From Vitrella brassicaformis CCMP3155 (taxonomy: Eukaryota > Protista > Chromerida): a DNA stretch of 64,000 nucleotides. The notes beneath the pieces are model-generated. The model made no database searches, had not been told where the DNA came from, and worked only from the letters and a program-made list of their open reading frames with translations. Position 1 is the stretch's first letter. The number at the start of each line of letters is the position of its first letter. This document shows positions 60,372 through 64,000 of the stretch, piece after piece. A program made the translations under genes and the position numbers. The DNA lies in contig CDMY01000485.1 in the NCBI GenBank assembly GCA_001179505.1, forward strand, positions 3,974-67,973. The letters run 5' to 3'.

Positions 60372-63300
60372 TCAGCCACACCGGCTGGCGACTGCCGTGG
60401 TGTACTGCACTGCCAGCACCTTGATCAACAGGCGCGACAGCCACCCACGCGACGCCGGCACTGGCGGAATGCCCCTGCACACCACACACAAGGCGCAGGT
60501 CGGTGTTTGGTCACTCTGGCCGTCGGCCGACTCACCTGTATCGCTCGTCGATGAAGCGCACCATACTCACACAGCTCGTCCCTCTCTCGGTGGCCGCCAG
60601 GTGTTCCGGGACGACGTCATGGCCCTCGACGGTGTGCTCGAGCTGCACCAACACAAGAGAGAGCCATCACGTGTGCTTGACGTGTCTCAATGACCCGATG
60701 GATCTGACCCGCCCCGCCCCGGCTGACGCACCTCGGAGGGAAGCCCGAGCTTTTCGCTAACACACGCCACCAACTCACGGACCACCTGCAGAGCCAAACA
60801 CACACACACACACACACACACACATGGATGGACGCATTGACCTCTGCTCAGGGACTCACCTGCAGAAAGGGCTGGTAGGCGCCCGGGACGACGTTGAATG
60901 CGAGAGGCAGCCCGCGCAGCGTGGCTGTTCGGTGGGAATGGACGGGCAGTCTGAGTGTGGCCGCCCACACCCGAGCTGCGCCGCCATCCGCACCGACAGT
61001 GTCCACAACCGCCGGTCGCATCTCCAACACACCCCTGACAGACATGGCCCACCACCACCATCCGCCGGCCCATCCAGCTATCCGGTGTGTCTGTGTTGTG
61101 TGATCACCACTGTTTGGTTTGCTCGTGCATCAGCGGGACAATGAGAAGGGGCGGTGAATCGCTCTCCTGCGATGCTGACGCGCTCAACGGCCCACCGGCA
61201 GAGTCCCACTGTGCCAAAGTCGACACCTGAAGTCACATGGATGTGTGTGTGGATGAACCTTAAGATGCGCTGAGGGGCTTACGATCTCATCGACGATGCG
61301 CTGTTTGTCCCGAAGGTCCCACTCCATTACCAGCCCCTCCCTTGTTTCGCTCTCGTGCACACCCCAATCCACCAGGGCCGTGTCGAGGATCCTCTTCTTG
61401 CTGCCGACCGACGGCGGCTCTTGAGAGACTGCACCTTCCAGACCAACGCCTCTTGCGTAATGGTCTTGCGTGATGGTGGCGTCGGGGAGTGCGCTGGGGC
61501 TGCGGGCGATGAGGTGCAGCAGACGGTCCACCACCTGCAGAAAACGCAGACATCATCACCGAGTGTGTGATGTGGTGTCTGCTGATCGACTGGCCCTTAC
61601 CTGTTTGTCCGCGATGTCGTTGAGTATGTTCTCGATGTCGTGCCTCGTTGCGGCATCGACAGACTGCACGCATCTGCAGCAACGGCCAGCCAACCAATCA
61701 GTCAGCAACCATCCACCTGTTCTGTTCTGTTTTGTCGTGGCGCTCTCCCTCACCTCTGCACCTGTGCGAGCCGCTTTTCCACTGCCCCATCGGTCAGCAG
61801 CCGGCTGTCCAGGGCATACCGCTCGCAGATGTCACCATCGCCCTCCCCCCCCTCCCCTCTCAGCCCATCGACCAGTTGATGGACCTCCTCTGACGTCACC
61901 TTGATGAACCAGCCATCATCCCCGTCGTCCACCGCCATTGGCGCCGGCCCATCGCCATCGGCCCCTGCTGGCGCTGCTGCTGCCGCTGCAGCTGCTGGCT
62001 GGCTCTCCTCCTCCCGCTTCTCTTCCTCCTTCTCTGTCTTGGTCTGTCGCCTCGGCTGGGAGGCCTCCCGCGGTGTCTTGCGCCGCCGCTTGGGGCCATA
62101 CGCTGACGGCGATGGGCTCGATAGGTCCCCATCGCCACCTCTGAGGTTCTCGTCGCCTTCCCCTCGCACGGGAGTGGATGGCCTGCTGCCGAAGGGTCGC
62201 TTGATTCGGCTCATGATGGACGAGATGATGCCGGGGCTCTTGCCAGCTGTTGCCGGAGGACCGGCAGGCTCCTGCTGACCATCCTGATCGTCTCCTTGCT
62301 CCACTGGCGCCATGTCTTCATCCTCGGCTGCCGCAGCAGCGGCAGCATGAGGCTGAGGGTGCTCTTGTGCTTTGATGGCTGCTTGTGGCGGGAGCTCCTC
62401 TGTCTGGGCAGTGGTGCCACGGGTGTCTGCAGACAGACAAGGATACGCACGTGGGCCGATGAGGATCGATCGACAATCCGCCCCTTTCCCTCCTTTGCGT
62501 ACCCGTCCGAGGCGGAGTGGGCCATGGCGTAGGGCGGCTTCCCACCGTGACTTGCGTGGACACACCGCTGCGCAGTGCCATCCTGGTCACGGCCTCCACA
62601 GCCTGCTGCAGCGAGCGGTCGACCCGCTCAAAGTCCGCATCAACGGGCAGCTGCTGCCCCACCCACGACGCGTCGTCCCACTCGGCCACGAAGCGATGCG
62701 CGTCGGCATCCCACCTCACACGCCCTCGACGAGTGGTGAAGCGAAATGAGCAGCGGCCGAGGAGGAGATTGGCCTTCTTTGTGACATCATCTCCGACTGT
62801 GGGGAAGGTGCCCTGACCCCAGTGGCTCCGTGCTGCACCCTCACTCGAAGCTGGACGTCCAGCGTCCTCCTCGCCACCGATGCATTGCTGGTAGTCTCTG
62901 TCCTCGCGGAAGATCTCCACCGCCCGCCCCCTGTGGATCTCTGTGACAGCTGAGCGTGGGGGCGGCTCGGCGTATCCCGGGATGGGCCCGGTGTCGGGAG
63001 GGGGCGGGAAGGCGCTGTGGCTGAGAGGGAAGGTCCGCCCTTCGTGTGTGTACTGGGTGTGCTGGTCTCTCTTGGCCTCGGGGGCGGGGTCTGTGGCGGT
63101 GTCGACTGATGGGGGTGGAGGGATGTCGGGGCCGCTCGCCACCGTCGGCCTCTTGTTCTTGTAGTAGTGGACATACGTCGAGTCCTGATGCACACACATA
63201 CCAGGTGACACACAGACCAGCACATGACATGTTGCTGAATCGAGCGGTTTCATCGTTCAATGACACGCACCCTGCTAATGCGGTCGAGCAGTTGCCTCAT

Positions 63301-63439
63301 GTATCTGCCGCCATCGTCCTTGACCTCCACCGGAATCTCCACGTTGATCACACGCCTGCAATGACAGCCAAGCGCCACAGTCACATCCTTCGATGGGCAG
63401 CTTTTCCTCTGCTTACGTCACAGTGTGTGGCTCCATCAT
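60372..63439 (-). CDS. Uncharacterised multi-exon protein with a low-complexity middle and a possible degenerate C48/Ulp1-like C-terminal domain
   Basis: Exons join in frame: MMEPHTVT / RVINVEIPVE... / DSTYVHYYK... / DTRGTTAQ... / CVQSVDAA... / VVDRLLHL... / ...LLIVPLMHEQTKQ / WGVLEM... / VVRELVAC... / ...GTSCVSMVRF... / GIPPVPASRGWLSRLLIKV...CG*. Start and domain call are uncertain. Confidence 0.65.
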
Positions 63440-64000
63440 GCTGATGTCCTGTGAGTGTCCTCGCAGCCGTGCGATGGCTCCTCTCAGGCAGGCGATGAAG
63501 CACTCGAAGAAGATGAAGCAATCTGAGAGATGCGCACCGAGTTGGCCGATGAAGCAACCGGAGCGCCCTTTCTCTCTCTCCCCTTCCCTTCCTTTCTCAT
63601 TTGCTTGTGTCAGAAGTGCAAGTCGGTCCAGGGTTTAGGGTCTAGGGTTCATAGACCGACGATCCACTGATCTGTGAGACAGGACGGCTGTTGAGTCTTT
63701 GTCCGTTCCATGAGACAGGCCATGGCGGACAGGACGTCAGACAGGATGGACTGACGCATACTACATGTCCTACGTGGACTCTCCACAAAATCCACAGACC
63801 TTACGTTGCATTGACTTAATCCTTTATCCGGGACTGACCGCCCGGCAGATCCTCTCTTCACCGTTCTCCCCGACTCTCTCCCCCCTATTCTTACATGGGC
63901 GCAGCAATCTGGTTTGTCTTTTCCGCCTGATCGGCAGTTGGGCAGATCCTAACAGGTCTGTCTATCATCCGCCTGTCGGCAGTCTGTCTGTGCAGCAGCC

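Noticed and set aside
1-64000. CRISPR arrays, rRNA/tRNA genes, transposase or reverse transcriptase ORFs
   Set aside because: No repeat-spacer array, cloverleaf, rRNA signature or DDE/RT motif was seen. The duplications are not bounded by recognisable terminal repeats.

Overview
This is intron-rich, GC-rich eukaryotic genomic DNA. Introns are short, GT-AG and full of (TG)n/(CA)n tracts. That style, with the gene content, suggests the chromerid alga Vitrella brassicaformis (inference, not verified). Single-copy genes are PP5 phosphatase, PEX16, an EF-hand/TM protein, an ARM-repeat protein, a large Pro-rich scaffold and an unknown protein at the right end. They are interleaved with a recently duplicated accessory cluster. 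The cluster holds six genes ending in a degenerate FKBP-like domain (five with a BTB-coiled coil-BTB-like N-terminus), two F-box-like genes, and three ankyrin-TRP-type channel genes (two intact, one broken). These are arranged as a tandem three-gene cassette plus inverted copies. An intron-less GST resembling bacterial LinD reductive dechlorinases sits inside the cluster. There is also a 44-bp-stem hairpin and a 300-N gap that looks artefactual. Gene models were spliced by eye, so start codons and some exon boundaries are approximate. Family assignments come from remembered motifs, not database searches.
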